Of a stretch of 64,000 nucleotides of DNA, positions 1-11,610 are shown piece after piece. The DNA is from an uncultured Acidobacteriota bacterium (GTDB taxonomy: Bacteria > Acidobacteriota > UBA6911). The stretch's first letter is position 1. Every line of letters starts with the position of its first letter. The notes below the pieces were generated by a model that searched no databases, was not told the DNA's origin, and worked only from the letters and a program-made list of their open reading frames with translations. The stretch spans positions 736,001-800,000 of the forward strand of contig CAWJKZ010000014.1 in assembly GCA_963843575.1 (NCBI GenBank). The letters are read 5' to 3'. Made by a program: the position numbers and the translations under genes.

Positions 1-325
1 TGGCGTCCTGGTGCATATCGAGGCTGTCGGTTCCATATTCGAGATCGTAGCTGACCCGGTGCACGGCCGCCGGCAGCTTGCCCGGCTTACGCACCGGTAC
101 GAATCCCGCCCCGAGGGCATAGGCAACGGTTGGTGCAAATATGAAACCGCGCGCCTCGATACCGATCACCAGGTCGATGTTCTTGTCGCGGTAGGGTGCG
201 ATCAGAGCGTCGACCACCTGCTGGAAGCACTTGCCTTTCTTGAGGAGCGTGGTTACGTCGTAAAAAAGGATCCCCTTCTTGGGCCAGTCCGGGACTTCGC
301 GAATTTCCGCTTTGAGCCGCTCCAT
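1..325 (-). CDS. apt: adenine phosphoribosyltransferase (3' end runs off the window)
   Basis: Manual translation of the minus strand from ATG at 325: [28 protein letters not shown]...[31 protein letters not shown]...[16 protein letters not shown]; classic APRT motifs; not in the ORF track. Confidence 0.93.
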   Translation of the reverse strand, partial: MERLKAEIREVPDWPKKGILFYDVTTLLKKGKCFQQVVDALIAPYRDKNIDLVIGIEARGFIFAPTVAYALGAGFVPVRKPGKLPAAVHRVSYDLEYGTDSLDMHQDA

Positions 326-326
326 C

Positions 327-608
327 TCACCATCCTTCCACGAGAAACGTTCCATATCCGCCTGTTGCTTCGATGTCGAACTCATCCACCCGCTCTACGT
401 GGGACAGGGACGGACCCTTCCGCACTTCACGCAGGAACTGCTCGACCCGCTTTGGGGTGCCCTCGACTATGATCTCCACGGTCGAGTCGGGGTTGTTGCG
501 CGCGTCGCCCGTCACTCCGAGCCTGATCCCCGTATGCTGCACGAAATAACGAAACCCCACCCCCTGGACTCGGCCGTGCACGATCAGGCGCTTCCCCACC
601 ATCGCCAT
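327..608 (-). CDS. acyP: acylphosphatase
   Basis: [13 protein letters not shown] and N.PD..VE motifs, 93 aa. Confidence 0.93.
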   Translation of the reverse strand: MAMVGKRLIVHGRVQGVGFRYFVQHTGIRLGVTGDARNNPDSTVEIIVEGTPKRVEQFLREVRKGPSLSHVERVDEFDIEATGGYGTFLVEGW

Positions 609-709
609 GAGCCCATTGAACCTTGCCCGTCAATCCAGGTCAAATGAAAAACCGTGCCCCGGAGCCGGTCTCCTCACGCCGACAGCAGAGCCCCGTGCGG
701 AAAAGGAAC

Positions 710-1516
710 TCAGTGGGCTGCGGCCGCGATCGCCGCGATGCTCTCGAACAACGCCACGTCCTTCCGGAGCATTTTAGGGTCGTCCTTCTTGTAGATCCCG
801 ACGCAGACGAGGTCCTGCGGGCGCAAGTACCGGCTGCAATAGGTAAACGCGTCCCGGGGATCGTTTCGGCCTGCCGCCAGGATCTTATAGTGGATGACGG
901 GCTTGGAGAGCGTCTGGATCAGGGCCGTCATCGCCCTCCGATCCTCTTCCAGGTACGCTTCCTCCAGCCCGCTGTGGTGCTCGGGATCGTCGTCCCGGGC
1001 GGTCGGGTCGTAATAACAGCACATGTAATAATCGACGGCGAGGTTTTTCTCCGCCCACTCGAACACGGCTGTCCTGTGTCCGGCGACCCCGACGGGAAGC
1101 CCGTGTTCTTTGAGCATGTCCACGGCGCGCCTCACCTCATCCGCCCGGCCTTGGGCCAGAAGGTGGTCCATGACGCCCCCGTGGATGTGACACGCGCTGG
1201 CGCCGCCGTCAATGGCCATGCGCGCGCAAAACTCGCTCGGCCCGACGGCCGGGCATGTCTGCGCCACCCAAGCGAGCTTGCCTCCCTCATCCCAGTATTC
1301 CATCAGGAAACGCATGACGTGATGGTCCGCTCGTCCAACCACTGCCTTAATGCCCAGCCGCTCCGCTTCGAAAAGCACCCCTTTGATTCTCGCGACGGTG
1401 TAATAACGAATCATCTCCCTATCGCGGGCGCTCCCCTGATGCGAAAAGCCGCTGAAGGGATTACTCCCCAGCAGCAGCCGCGAGACCGGCAAATTCCCTA
1501 ACCTGGTTGTTTCCAT
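710..1516 (-). CDS. aldo/keto-reductase-like (NADP oxidoreductase fold) protein
   Basis: N-terminal LGNLPVSRLLLGSNP, KPVIHYKILAAGR near the C-terminus. Confidence 0.7.
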   Translation of the reverse strand: METTRLGNLPVSRLLLGSNPFSGFSHQGSARDREMIRYYTVARIKGVLFEAERLGIKAVVGRADHHVMRFLMEYWDEGGKLAWVAQTCPAVGPSEFCARMAIDGGASACHIHGGVMDHLLAQGRADEVRRAVDMLKEHGLPVGVAGHRTAVFEWAEKNLAVDYYMCCYYDPTARDDDPEHHSGLEEAYLEEDRRAMTALIQTLSKPVIHYKILAAGRNDPRDAFTYCSRYLRPQDLVCVGIYKKDDPKMLRKDVALFESIAAIAAAAH

Positions 1517-1646
1517 TGCGATGTCATCCCTTCGCGAAGACTTTCATGGCGTCCGACGATCCCTCTCCGGACCAGTGCGCCGCACGCTGCCAGGGATTCA
1601 GCCGACGGCGGCCCGCCCTTCACCCGCGGATCGCCCGGCCGGCCGT

Positions 1647-2912
1647 TCAGGGCTCCTGCTTGGCGGCGCGGATCGCGAACCTGTGAGGCTTGGGTTGTGT
1701 CAGCTCGTGCTGGCGCGCGACGAGCTCGGCTTCCAGGGAGTCCAGCGCGCCGAGCGCGAGCGGCGTCTGAACCAGCGATTCGTCCTCCAGAGGCAGCTGG
1801 ACCTGGCGCCAGCGAGAAAAGTGGATGTTGTTGCGCTTCAGCGTCAGCACGTGTACCGCAGCCGCCTGCCGCGCCATCGGGGTCGCCAGGACGGCAAGGT
1901 TAACGCCTGCAGCGAGAGCCTCCCCGTCAAACACTCCCACCACTTCCCCGTCGATGAACAGGGAGAAGGCTTTCCCTCGGAGCCCGGCGACGGACAGAAT
2001 CTGCCGGTTGAGGGTGTCGACGAAATCCGAGGAACGGATTGCGAGGTCGGAAACCGGATCCTTCAAATCCACCGGCATCGGCAGGGCGTTGTCCGTCTGG
2101 GTCCAGGTTATGGCAGGGCCGGTCTTCAGGTCGGACAGCGTGCAGTTTTCCATTTTTGTCGCCTGCCCGGTGGCGGCGTCGATGGCGGCCGTACTCACCG
2201 TCGCCGGGGCGTTCCACGCTTTGAGCAGGGCTCCCGCCATAAGAAGGTGCCCCGGTGCCGCAGGGTGCACGCGATCCGGGACGATCCTCTGGGCGAGGAC
2301 CGGATCGGCAGCCTTGGCCTTCCGCAGTGCCTCGACGATAGAGGAGTTGAGGTCGGCCGAGTCGAGTCCCTGGCGCTCCGCCAACTCTTTGACGAACTGT
2401 CCGTACCGGACCAGGACCGCGTTGTATCCCCCTTCGAAACCCGGCTCCCGCGTGACGTCGTCATAGGGCGATGGCTGAATGAGCGTCATGCGCACCGAGG
2501 GCAGAGAAGCCCGCAGAAGCTGGACCATTTTCTCGTACCCCGTGCTGAAGGTGCCGAAGATCTCGGGGTCGAGCGCACGATAGCGGCCGTCGTTCATCCC
2601 CAGCATGACCGTGACCACGGTGGGCCTGTAGCTGATAACGTCGCGGTTAAGGCGGAGCTCTATCGGGCCGCCTCCCCCGCCGGTGACCCGGTCTCCGCCC
2701 CAACCCGAGTGAGCGAACATCACCTTCATCCGCGGAAAACGGGTCAGGACATAGGTCTCGGTGAACGTGGTGTACAGGCGCTGATCGGTGATGCTGTCGC
2801 CGTAGAAAACAACCCGGTCTCCGTCCTTCAGGTAAAAACCGGTTTGGGCCGAGGCATGAGAACTGAGCAGTACCGCGACAGCGAGCAGTAGAATCCTGGC
2901 AGGTTGCGCCAT
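1647..2912 (-). CDS. secreted SGNH/GDSL hydrolase
   Basis: FYGDSIT, GWGG, LGMND and DRVHP blocks; signal peptide from MAQPARILLLAVAV. Confidence 0.88.
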   Translation of the reverse strand: MAQPARILLLAVAVLLSSHASAQTGFYLKDGDRVVFYGDSITDQRLYTTFTETYVLTRFPRMKVMFAHSGWGGDRVTGGGGGPIELRLNRDVISYRPTVVTVMLGMNDGRYRALDPEIFGTFSTGYEKMVQLLRASLPSVRMTLIQPSPYDDVTREPGFEGGYNAVLVRYGQFVKELAERQGLDSADLNSSIVEALRKAKAADPVLAQRIVPDRVHPAAPGHLLMAGALLKAWNAPATVSTAAIDAATGQATKMENCTLSDLKTGPAITWTQTDNALPMPVDLKDPVSDLAIRSSDFVDTLNRQILSVAGLRGKAFSLFIDGEVVGVFDGEALAAGVNLAVLATPMARQAAAVHVLTLKRNNIHFSRWRQVQLPLEDESLVQTPLALGALDSLEAELVARQHELTQPKPHRFAIRAAKQEP

Positions 2913-3102
2913 CTGGACGTCCTCCATGGGTTGAGACAGATACTCAGGGCCGTTTTGTACGGGACTTGCGGCGAATCGGCGGAACCGCGGCTGCAAAGTG
3001 GATCTCCTGCCGTGCCTTAGAGGCGGCAGTATAACCGATTTTGCCGGCAGACACGCGGCTGAACTCACCCGGCCTTTTCAGGAACTAAAGTCGCATCTCT
3101 GA

Positions 3103-3201
3103 GCCAACGTGGCCAACCTGCTATTGGCGCGCGCCGCGCGACGGCGCCGCCAAATCGCCATCCGCATGTCCCTGGGCGCAAGCCGGGGCCGCCTGCTGCG
3201 G
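3103..3201 (+). pseudogene. fragment of an ADOP/MacB-FtsX-type ABC permease
   Basis: Translates ANVANLLLARAARRRRQIAIRMSLGASRGRLLR, the conserved permease motif, with no start or remainder. Confidence 0.8.
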
Positions 3202-3405
3202 TGGCGGTCGGCTTGAACGGCGGCGCTTCCGGGCCCGCCAGGCAACGATGTTCGCCCGAGGTGAGGCGCTGGAGGGTTGCGGGTGGAGTGCGTCCCTAGT
3301 CTTATTTGCAGAAAACAAGGTCAAAAATCGCAAATAAGGCCGGATTTGAGGATAAAAAATTGGATAAGTTATAGATAAATAACAGATTGTCCTGGTCCGT
3401 CCCCT

Positions 3406-4359
3406 CTACTTGCCCTGGTTCGCTGCGGCCGCAGCCAGTTCAGGGAGGTTCGGTGCGACGCCCGCGACTACGTAAGTGTCCCGGGAGGCGAGCTGCCGCC
3501 TGGTGCGGATTACGATGGTGGAAGCGAACGGCACCGCCGACAGCGCATTGAAGACGTCGTCCACTCTTTTGACCGATTTTCCGTTGAAGGATTCGATGAG
3601 GTCGCCCGCCGCCAACCCCGCAAGCTGCGCCGGCCCACCCCGGAATACGTAATTCACCAGGATCGCGCCTGATTGGGTGTCCAGCAGGTAGGCGCCCAGC
3701 AGCCTGGCATCGCCCGCGAGACGATGCGCTTCTGCATAGTTCCCCTTTGCCAGGAAGACGATAATTTGAGATTCCCTGAAATCCTCCTGCGCCTCCGCCG
3801 TCACCGCGACCCGGCGCCCTTTGTCGATTGCCTCCTGAGCCGTATCATAATGTCCCAGGCGGACGCTATTGTTGGCAAGCCCGGCAAAATAGAGCGCCTG
3901 CTGTGGATCCCGTTCCGTGGCCTTTTGCCAGTACTGCTCGGACTTCGAGTAGTCCTCCATCCTGCTGTAGACCATCCCCAACCAGGCACAATGCGTCGCA
4001 AGGTAATCTGGCTCAGGATAAAAGGAATTGGACTTCTGGATCGCCTCGATGGCCTCGCGGTAACGATGGAGCCTGGTATAGCAGGTTCCTATCTCGAAGT
4101 GAATGTTCGCTTCCCCGAAGCCGCTCAGGTAGTTTTCCGGCAGCGTTACCAATGCTTCCTTGTACAGCATCAATGCACGCGCATACTTCTCTTTCGCATA
4201 TTCTTGTTCCGCTCGCCGGATAATCGGCGGCGCCCCACCGGCAGGATTCCAGAACTCCTCCCGTTTCTTGCCGGTCCTCTGTGGCCAGCAGGGTGACGCC
4301 GGCAGCAACCCAGAGATTACGAGTGCAACAAGCAGGACCCGACCACGTGTGAAAGTCAT
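3406..4359 (-). CDS. secreted TPR-repeat protein with C-terminal PDZ domain
   Basis: Signal peptide, TPR-like helices, GGPAQLAGLAAGDLIESFNG PDZ motif. Confidence 0.8.
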   Translation of the reverse strand: MTFTRGRVLLVALVISGLLPASPCWPQRTGKKREEFWNPAGGAPPIIRRAEQEYAKEKYARALMLYKEALVTLPENYLSGFGEANIHFEIGTCYTRLHRYREAIEAIQKSNSFYPEPDYLATHCAWLGMVYSRMEDYSKSEQYWQKATERDPQQALYFAGLANNSVRLGHYDTAQEAIDKGRRVAVTAEAQEDFRESQIIVFLAKGNYAEAHRLAGDARLLGAYLLDTQSGAILVNYVFRGGPAQLAGLAAGDLIESFNGKSVKRVDDVFNALSAVPFASTIVIRTRRQLASRDTYVVAGVAPNLPELAAAAANQGK

Positions 4360-4593
4360 GAAATCTCCTGCGCAGTGCGGTGCCGACCTGTACTTCCCAT
4401 TTCGCTTCGAATCGCCTCGATCGGCTCGGCCGCGGCCGCGCGCCGCGCGGTCGGATATTCGTTCTGCCGTTGTAGTGAATGCCCTTAATACCGGATGCGG
4501 GGCGGTTCTTTGCGGCCACCCGCGTTGAGTCTTCGAGACTTTGAGTTTAACCCGAAGATAGAGAGACTCGAAGCTCCATTTTCGCCTCCCCGT

Positions 4594-4923
4594 TTAGTCC
4601 CGCGGCCCCTGGGCTCGACATGTTCCAGAAACCGTAACAAGGGACCACGGCCGCCCGGCCGCATACCGGTTCACCCGGCTCCACTCGCTATCCGGACGGT
4701 AGTTCGAGAGCATGCAGTCGAGCCGGCGCAGTTCAGTAAAGGCTTCCGCGGCAGCGGCATCCGCATGGGCGCGCCTTGAAGAATAGAGTGCAACGGAAAG
4801 ATTTACCCCCATAGCGTCGGCGCTGTATTCGTACCTTCCCGGTTCGGCGCGAGCGGCCGATGTCAGCAAGATAGAAGCTACCACCCACACCACAAGGATC
4901 CGCCCCGATGACCGCCGCTTCAC
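4594..4923 (-). pseudogene. N-terminal fragment of ApbE-like FAD:protein FMN transferase
   Basis: AMGVNLSVALY...AFTELRRLDCMLSNYRPDSEWSRVN matches the ApbE N-terminus; stops after about 110 aa. Confidence 0.75.
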
Positions 4924-5236
4924 GAGGCAAGCCCTTCGCGTTTGCGACGGTTGTCCGCTGCGGAGCGGATTGTATGTACTCCTCATGGATACAGGACTCC
5001 CGTCAACGTAGCAGCTGCCGGACTTCGAATCGGTTTGCGTCCCGGCTGCTGGGAGACATCCCTCCCAGGACCCGGCTCGCATCGGCACCCACCGAAATCG
5101 TGCCGCGCGCGCCAAATACGGGGCAACAACGGTGTGAGGATTATTGATCTGATTTTTCTTGCGCTTGCAGACCCGCCAAATTCCGTGCTCGAACGATCAC
5201 CCTGAAAACCGGCGCATGGCTGGCCCAATAGCCGTT

Positions 5237-6010
5237 CTATGGAACGGCCCTTTCGAAGATCAAAGTTCCAAAGTTCTCCGGCACATGATTGGGGTCGTGG
5301 CCTGGCGAACAAGTGGGTTGCCAGCACATGAAATGACGTTGGGAATCGGGCCCTTGACCGTCGATGCGATACAGATTCGCGCGCCAGCGCGTTCCCGCCC
5401 GGACAGCTTGGGAAGTGACTGATTTCAGAGGGATCCGGGCGCATGCGTACCAGACATGAGCCTTATCGTCAACCCGCGCCGCCCGGAGACAACCCGATGT
5501 CCAGTTCTCATCGCCGTTGCTGCGGCGCGTCTTGAGGTCGAAATCGATACTCAAATCAATCCAATCGCCAGTCGGCGCGATTTCAAACTCCCGATAGCGT
5601 CCGATGTTTTCCCAATCGGCTCCCAGGAAAATTTCGACGACATCCCGGTCCCACAATCCGTGGCGTGGCCTGTCGTTCTGGGGAGGAAGGAATACGTTCA
5701 GGGTCTCGTAAGGGCTGATGAAAAGAAAGTAGAGGTGCTCGTCTGTCCAGAATGCTCGAACCTCCGTCTGCAGTTTGGCGTAGTCGATCGTTCTGGTGCA
5801 GTCTTTTGCTATCCAGGCGGACGCAGCCCCCTTCCAGATTCCCGATCTCGGGTCTGTGTTCAGCGGCGGGGATCCTTTGCGATACGGTATGGACAGAGAA
5901 GCCGTCGGAGGCACAACACTGCAATTCTCCTGCCCCGCTAGATCGCCGATTGACATCAGAATGAAAAGGAACAATAGAGCGAAGCCGCACTTTCTCGAGA
6001 ATGTTGTCAC
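5237..6010 (-). CDS. carbohydrate-binding family 9-like (DOMON-type) secreted protein
   Basis: TEVRAFWTDEHLYFLF, LWDRDVVEIF, YREFEIAP, WRANLYR, HVPENFG; signal peptide. Confidence 0.8.
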   Translation of the reverse strand: MTTFSRKCGFALLFLFILMSIGDLAGQENCSVVPPTASLSIPYRKGSPPLNTDPRSGIWKGAASAWIAKDCTRTIDYAKLQTEVRAFWTDEHLYFLFISPYETLNVFLPPQNDRPRHGLWDRDVVEIFLGADWENIGRYREFEIAPTGDWIDLSIDFDLKTRRSNGDENWTSGCLRAARVDDKAHVWYACARIPLKSVTSQAVRAGTRWRANLYRIDGQGPDSQRHFMCWQPTCSPGHDPNHVPENFGTLIFERAVP

Positions 6011-6099
6011 AGTTTTGGTCCTTTTCTTTCGGCATTCGTGTCGGGAGCGCCCGTATTGCCCTGAAAGGGAGGAGGTGCGATCTGCGGGAGCCGATCGAT

Positions 6100-7371
6100 C
6101 TAGAGCGCTATCTGGCCCTTCCAGCGTGCCTCATAGTCGTAGACGGCGTCCTTGATGGGCACACCTCGGAGATCGATCCGGCTGAGGTCTGCGGTGCCGA
6201 TTCCGGCTGCTTCGCCCATCAGCACCGTGCTGTCGGCATACTGATGCGTTTCTCCAGGAGGAATCAGTTGCTCCGGGGGGTGGACGTGCGGAGTTTTTGC
6301 ACAGGCGGAAGGGTGGTTCATGACGACCTGCCCGCGGGTTGTACCCCATCGTCGCCATCCCGACCGCGTCGGTACAGACGCAGTTCAGGCCGACGACCAG
6401 CAGCCTGGGCTTCCCGGGTTTGGCGCCCGGAACACCCGCACCCTCGCCGCCAATAAGGGTTTCGATCCCGTCCAGGACGGCAAGATCGATCGGGCGTGCC
6501 CCGCAGATGTCCGTGATAAGCCGCGGCATCCGCCATCCCTCATAGCGGTTTGATTTGAAGTCAATCTCCTGAGGCACACCGGCGGGCGGGCTGCACCTGA
6601 CCGTAGTGGAATACCCTCTCCCGGGTCCACCTGGACGCCCCGGGGGCACCGGGTCGAGCCCTCCGTAGGCCAACTCGGGAGTGATCCCGAAGAGGTTCTT
6701 CATCGACAGGGTCACACCCAGCTCCTCGTGGTTCTTCATTTTGGCCACGCTCACGAAGAAGTCGCAGTCCTCATAGGAATGATTCAGGGCGAAGGCGGGA
6801 TAGATGTACGGATTCTGCGTCTTGACCTTGAGAATGGAATATTGCTTCCCTTGGCCCAACCCGTTGGTGTCCTCGAGCTCCACCATCGGTGCGGCGGTCT
6901 TGATCGCGTTGACGTCCCACCCATCCTGCAGCATGGCGTCTTCGAGCGGTCCGCCCTCCTGCTTGCGGGTGGTGCTCTCGAGCAGGCGGATTCGCCTGGC
7001 TCCCAATTTGCCGAAAACGGCGACGAGTGCACCGACGACGTTCGGATGTACCCAGGTTGTCTGGCCGGCGCTGATGCCTACCCGGCGACCCTTGCCGGAA
7101 GAACCGGTCAGATTCAGTTTCATGGCGACCGTCTTGCCCCGAACCCGAGGTGCCGATCCCACCAAGCTCATCGAACATGCGCTCGAACTGCGCGACCAGG
7201 TCCTGGTCGTAATCCGCAACCTTTGCGACTGAGACCGGAGCCGTGGGAACCGAGAGTGCCGGGGTTGCCAGTCCGGCACGATCCGCCGCCAGTGCGCCGA
7301 CGGCAAGACCGGACAGAGTGAGAAGATCTCGCCGTGAAACACCGCCGTTAAGGCTCTTTCATACCGGTCAT
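6100..7371 (-). CDS. DUF362-domain Tat-exported protein (several frameshifts)
   Basis: SRRDLL Tat-like leader; KLNLT, SVAKMKNH..GVTLSMKNLFG, D.V.TDAV...MGY motifs spread over several frames. Confidence 0.72.
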
Positions 7372-7412
7372 CCTGACCTCCTGAGAATTATCCGAATTCG
7401 ATTTCTTGCCCC

Positions 7413-9025
7413 TTATTCCAGAAGCACTGCCCCCCAGACCGCGAGTTTCGGGATGGAAATCTCCGTTCGGCCTTTCGGAATCGTGCGCGCCTCCAAGTCC
7501 AAAGGCGGGCCCTCCGGAGTAAACAGGCGCGCTGTCTTGAAGATCCCGTTGAAACGGAGGGTCACCCGGCTATTGAAGGGGGTCGTCGCGTAGTTGAGCA
7601 GTTGGATGAGCGCACGCTTTCCTGAAAGTGCGGTGCTCACGTAGGTAAGCAGCGACGGAACGTTGAATGCGGTGAGACCCATCACGTCGGGCTCCAGCAG
7701 GTCCAGCATGTCTTTGGCCACCATCTCAGGGTCCGGCGGCTGGTCTTTGTAGACCACCGCGCGGCCTTTTCCGAGAGGAATGTCGGCATAGTTGTCCTGC
7801 TCGGGAGCACCTCCCCAGGACGGGCCGGCCACGATCAGCCCGCCGCTCCTCCGCGAAATCACGCAGTGTCTTCCGCTCGGCATCGCTTGGGACGGTCAGA
7901 TCCACGACCAGTGCCGCCTGGAAGCCGGCAAGAGATGCCGGGCTGAGCCGGGAGCGCTCGATTATGCGGTACGGCACCTGGCGTCGCGCCACCAGGTTGA
8001 GGTATTCGTCGGAGAAATCAGGATTCTCGCCGCCGGTGTCCAGGACCATTGCGACGTTCCCGTAAGGCTCAAAGCTCCGCCAGTCCGAGTGATCTTCGGC
8101 AAATTTGAGGTAGGTTCCAACGCCTCGCCAGGTGGCCACTGCGTCCGCATCCTTCCGCAACAGCCTCACGCGCAGATCGTCATCGAGTGCAACGATCCAA
8201 CGGCCGCCTGCCACCGCCGAGTCCGCCACGCATCGGGCATAATCCCCCTGCGAGCCGGGGTTGGGTTCTTGATTCACCCATACCGGCCGCCAACCGGGCT
8301 CCAGGTGTAACGATCGCACCAGCCAGATATTGGACTCGATCCAGGGTTCGGCCGACGCACCCGCGTGTATGCCCATGTCCGCCAGATCGCGCGCGTTTGG
8401 TCTCACCCCCTCCAGCGCCACCAACGGGGCCTTTGCTTTTCGCGCCACCGCAGGCTCTCGTGCGATAGTGACCACCAGTGCCGCTGCTATTCCTGGAGCG
8501 CAACGCCGTCTCCAGCTCTCCGGCAAATCCGGCTCCGACGGGGAATGCGGCATCCAGCACCAATCCATCCAACAGCGCCTCATCGGAAGCAGACGCAACC
8601 GCCTGAGGATCAGCTCCCGGGTAGACGATTCCCAAGACTGAGATTCCTCGCTTGCGGGCCACTCGGGCATATTCTTTGACCAACTGCCGCTGTTGCCTTT
8701 CGATATCTGATCCCACACCTGCGCTGAAAGTCACGAGCAGGCAGTTGATCGGCGTACCATCGAGCAGGGTCAGAGTGGAGGGGTTGTACCATTGGGCGAT
8801 TGCTTCGCGCAGCGCGGCATTTTCGGCTATTGACTTGTCCTTGGCGCGGCGCACTACCTCGAGCGGTCCGCCGTCCCAGCGTGCCGGAATCCAGCCACTC
8901 GAGGGTCCGGCGCACAATCCCGCCGCAACGGGACCCGAAAAAAGCAACAGCGTCAGCGCACCGGCAATCCGCACCCCCAACCGATGGCCAACGCTTCTAC
9001 CCGGGTGACGCACCGACTTCTCCAT
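7413..9025 (-). CDS. secreted hypothetical protein split over three frames (probably one frameshifted gene)
   Basis: Overlapping ORFs 8180-9025, 7726-8718 and 7413-7883 give a continuous plausible protein; C-terminal LIQLLNYA segment resembles the tail of the 9382-11610 protein. Confidence 0.55.
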
Positions 9026-9145
9026 GGGGCAGGACGATATCAGGTTTGATCCGCGCCCGCAACGAATGGAATGCGCAGTTGACGGCGGACGTCGCGGCAG
9101 CTGCCGCTGATTTTGAAATGCCCCGGGAACTGACGGCCAGCGAAC

Positions 9146-9310
9146 TTTCGGGACGCGGATGCGCGCGGATCCCCACGAATCGACCTGGCGACAGGCCGCG
9201 TGAATCCGTTGGATCCGCGTAATCTGCGTTCTGTTTTGGCTCTTTGTCTTTCATTGCCCGTGTTGTTCTGCTGAGAAATACGTCAGCGTACTTATGAGAC
9301 TGTGCACTTA
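9146..9310. repeat. MITE-like repeat, copy 1 (one terminal repeat visible)
   Basis: 9146-9202 is 53/57 identical to the reverse complement of 38893-38949; 9280-9312 matches the terminus at 38815-38846. Confidence 0.75.
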
Positions 9311-9381
9311 GGTTCCGATAAAGGTTTTGTGTCGCCCAAGGCGCACCCCCACCTTATTGCATACATGAGCAGCCGGTTATG

Positions 9382-11610
9382 CTATTCGAAATAGACCGTA
9401 GCCAGACTGTAAACTTCAAAGGGTGGGAAAACAAATTCGATATTTCTCCCTTTTCTTTCAAAGCTGACCGTCGCAGTCTTGTTGATCGGTGATCCGACAG
9501 TCACCCGCGCGACTTTTTTGTTTTCCGGTATCTGCAGGCGTACCCTGGCATTTGCGACCGGCGTAACCACGCCATCCAGAGTCACTTGATAATTTACCAG
9601 GTGCACAAGCTGCAGATTCTTCTCTTTCTGCTCCATTGTGGTCATTTCAACCATGTTGGGCGCAAAGAGCTTTCCCGAAACTCCTTCGGTCGCAGCCCAT
9701 GCGACCGCTTCCGGCAATGAAGCGAACGCCTCTTTTATCCTGTCAGGAAACTTACCCTGGCCATACATCATCTGATCATCGGGAAGCGGCGTTTTTTCGG
9801 TATCGCCCCGGCCGACCGGTATCGGATTCAACGGGATAAATACCACGCGGCCTTTATCGAATTCTTTGCGGGTGACTGCAACTGGGGCGTCCTGCAGATC
9901 AAAGCCCAACAGCTCTGCCAGGCCCAGATTCAGCCGGGGCAGGCCGTTTTCATCCTTTGCTGATGACAAGCCCATCACCACCAGACCGCCGCCATTCTGC
10001 ACAAAAGCGGTGATGGTCCTGATCTGTTCATCGCTCAGCAGCGGCACGTACGGCAAGATCAGCGTTCTATACTTTGCCAGCTCGGCCGGGTTCAAGTCCC
10101 GTTCCACCGCCATCACATGAGCGATGCCATTATCGGCCAGGACCCGTGATGCCGGACTAAAATAACTGAACTCATCGCTGTAGAACTGGTTAATTGAGCA
10201 GAGGATGGCGGTGTTGGCTGCCAGTTTTGCTCCGACCAGGTTTTCTTCGTTTTCCTTGAAGAAAGCATAGATCTGTTCCGCGCCCTTATGGACCATCGGC
10301 GAGATCATCTCGCCAAAAGTCTCGCGTACCACGCTGAAGGTATTATGGTTGGCAAATGCCTCGGCGATGCTCAGTTTGATCAGGTTGAACAGGGCCTTTT
10401 CATTGGGAATCGGCTTGGGCGTGGAGGGCTGGATACAGTACATCCAGACCGGCTTTTGCATGGCCGCGGCAGCCAGAAATTTCAGCGGACCGGAATTGGA
10501 GATCTTAACATCCCCTTCCGCACGCGGGACGGATCGCAGACCCGCCTGAATTTCCGAATAGAAAAAGTCCTCGACCCCGCCCATCATTTCCATGTCATCA
10601 CCATTGGTATAGGCCATGTTGCCGTAATCGCCACCATTGATGTTGCCGGAGAGCAAGAAATTCGGATTGATCAGTCTCGCTGCAGCGCGGATCTCCCTTT
10701 GAAATTCGGTCAGCGACCAGCTGCGAAACATGAGCCATTCCCGCCAAAGCGCTTGCGTATTATCCAGCGGGGGCTCGATTTTCGCGACATCGGTAAGGCC
10801 GTAACGTTTTTGCAGATAGTCGCGAGATACTTTGTCGCGGAGATATTTTCTGAATGCCTCGCGGGAGTGCTCGCAATAGCAGGTACCTTCGTGCACCTTT
10901 GTCCAGTCGACATAGGCCCCGTCGTGCCCGCTTATGGCCACAAGCTTAATAACTCCTTTGAAATAGTGCACATAAGATGGATTATCCTGACAGCCGAACA
11001 TCTCAAACCGGCCGCCGGTTTTGGGCGCGTTGGGATGCCTGAAGCGATAAAAGGAATATTTCCCATCAAAAGTCCGCCGGACCCATTTATCCGGCCCCTC
11101 CGCCGGTTTCGGGCCGAAATACTCCGTATACTTTTCCCACAGTCCCGGTGTGTTGTACGCCTCATTTAAAGAAAGCTCGTCCGGTTTTGGCTGGTCTTCA
11201 TAGGTCGGACTGTCGCCCGCAAGGGCCATCGTAGTATAAGCGATTACATGCATGCCTTCATGATGAAACCGGTCGACTTTTTCCCTCGCCGCTGCGATCA
11301 TCTTATTGAACTCAGTCAGATCGGTGATATAGAGGCCGCTCTCCTTGTCCTTGGGGAAAATGATCGGACCGCCGTTCTGGTTGACTGTCGCATGCAATCG
11401 ATTCAAGAACTCGATATTGTCATTTGAGCGGACGATGCGTATATGCCCCCAGTCCCAGGGCCCCAGCGCTGTGCTGGTTTTCGAACTGCCATCTTGAGCG
11501 GCAGTTGGGAGCGCACTGCATATCAACAGAATTATGAATAATGCATTGCCCCATCTGATGTTTGTTGATTGCGCCATGACCTTCTTCTCTCCACATTTGC
11601 GAGGCTGCAT
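9382..11610 (-). CDS. secreted putative glycoside hydrolase (TIM barrel plus beta-galactosidase trimerisation-like domain)
   Basis: Signal peptide; DGAYVD, CYCEHS..AF..YL and W..FR motifs; YRTLILP...LSDEQ..I..FV.NGG.L trimerisation-like domain; visibly lower GC than neighbours. Confidence 0.72.
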   Translation of the reverse strand: MQPRKCGEKKVMAQSTNIRWGNALFIILLICSALPTAAQDGSSKTSTALGPWDWGHIRIVRSNDNIEFLNRLHATVNQNGGPIIFPKDKESGLYITDLTEFNKMIAAAREKVDRFHHEGMHVIAYTTMALAGDSPTYEDQPKPDELSLNEAYNTPGLWEKYTEYFGPKPAEGPDKWVRRTFDGKYSFYRFRHPNAPKTGGRFEMFGCQDNPSYVHYFKGVIKLVAISGHDGAYVDWTKVHEGTCYCEHSREAFRKYLRDKVSRDYLQKRYGLTDVAKIEPPLDNTQALWREWLMFRSWSLTEFQREIRAAARLINPNFLLSGNINGGDYGNMAYTNGDDMEMMGGVEDFFYSEIQAGLRSVPRAEGDVKISNSGPLKFLAAAAMQKPVWMYCIQPSTPKPIPNEKALFNLIKLSIAEAFANHNTFSVVRETFGEMISPMVHKGAEQIYAFFKENEENLVGAKLAANTAILCSINQFYSDEFSYFSPASRVLADNGIAHVMAVERDLNPAELAKYRTLILPYVPLLSDEQIRTITAFVQNGGGLVVMGLSSAKDENGLPRLNLGLAELLGFDLQDAPVAVTRKEFDKGRVVFIPLNPIPVGRGDTEKTPLPDDQMMYGQGKFPDRIKEAFASLPEAVAWAATEGVSGKLFAPNMVEMTTMEQKEKNLQLVHLVNYQVTLDGVVTPVANARVRLQIPENKKVARVTVGSPINKTATVSFERKGRNIEFVFPPFEVYSLATVYFE

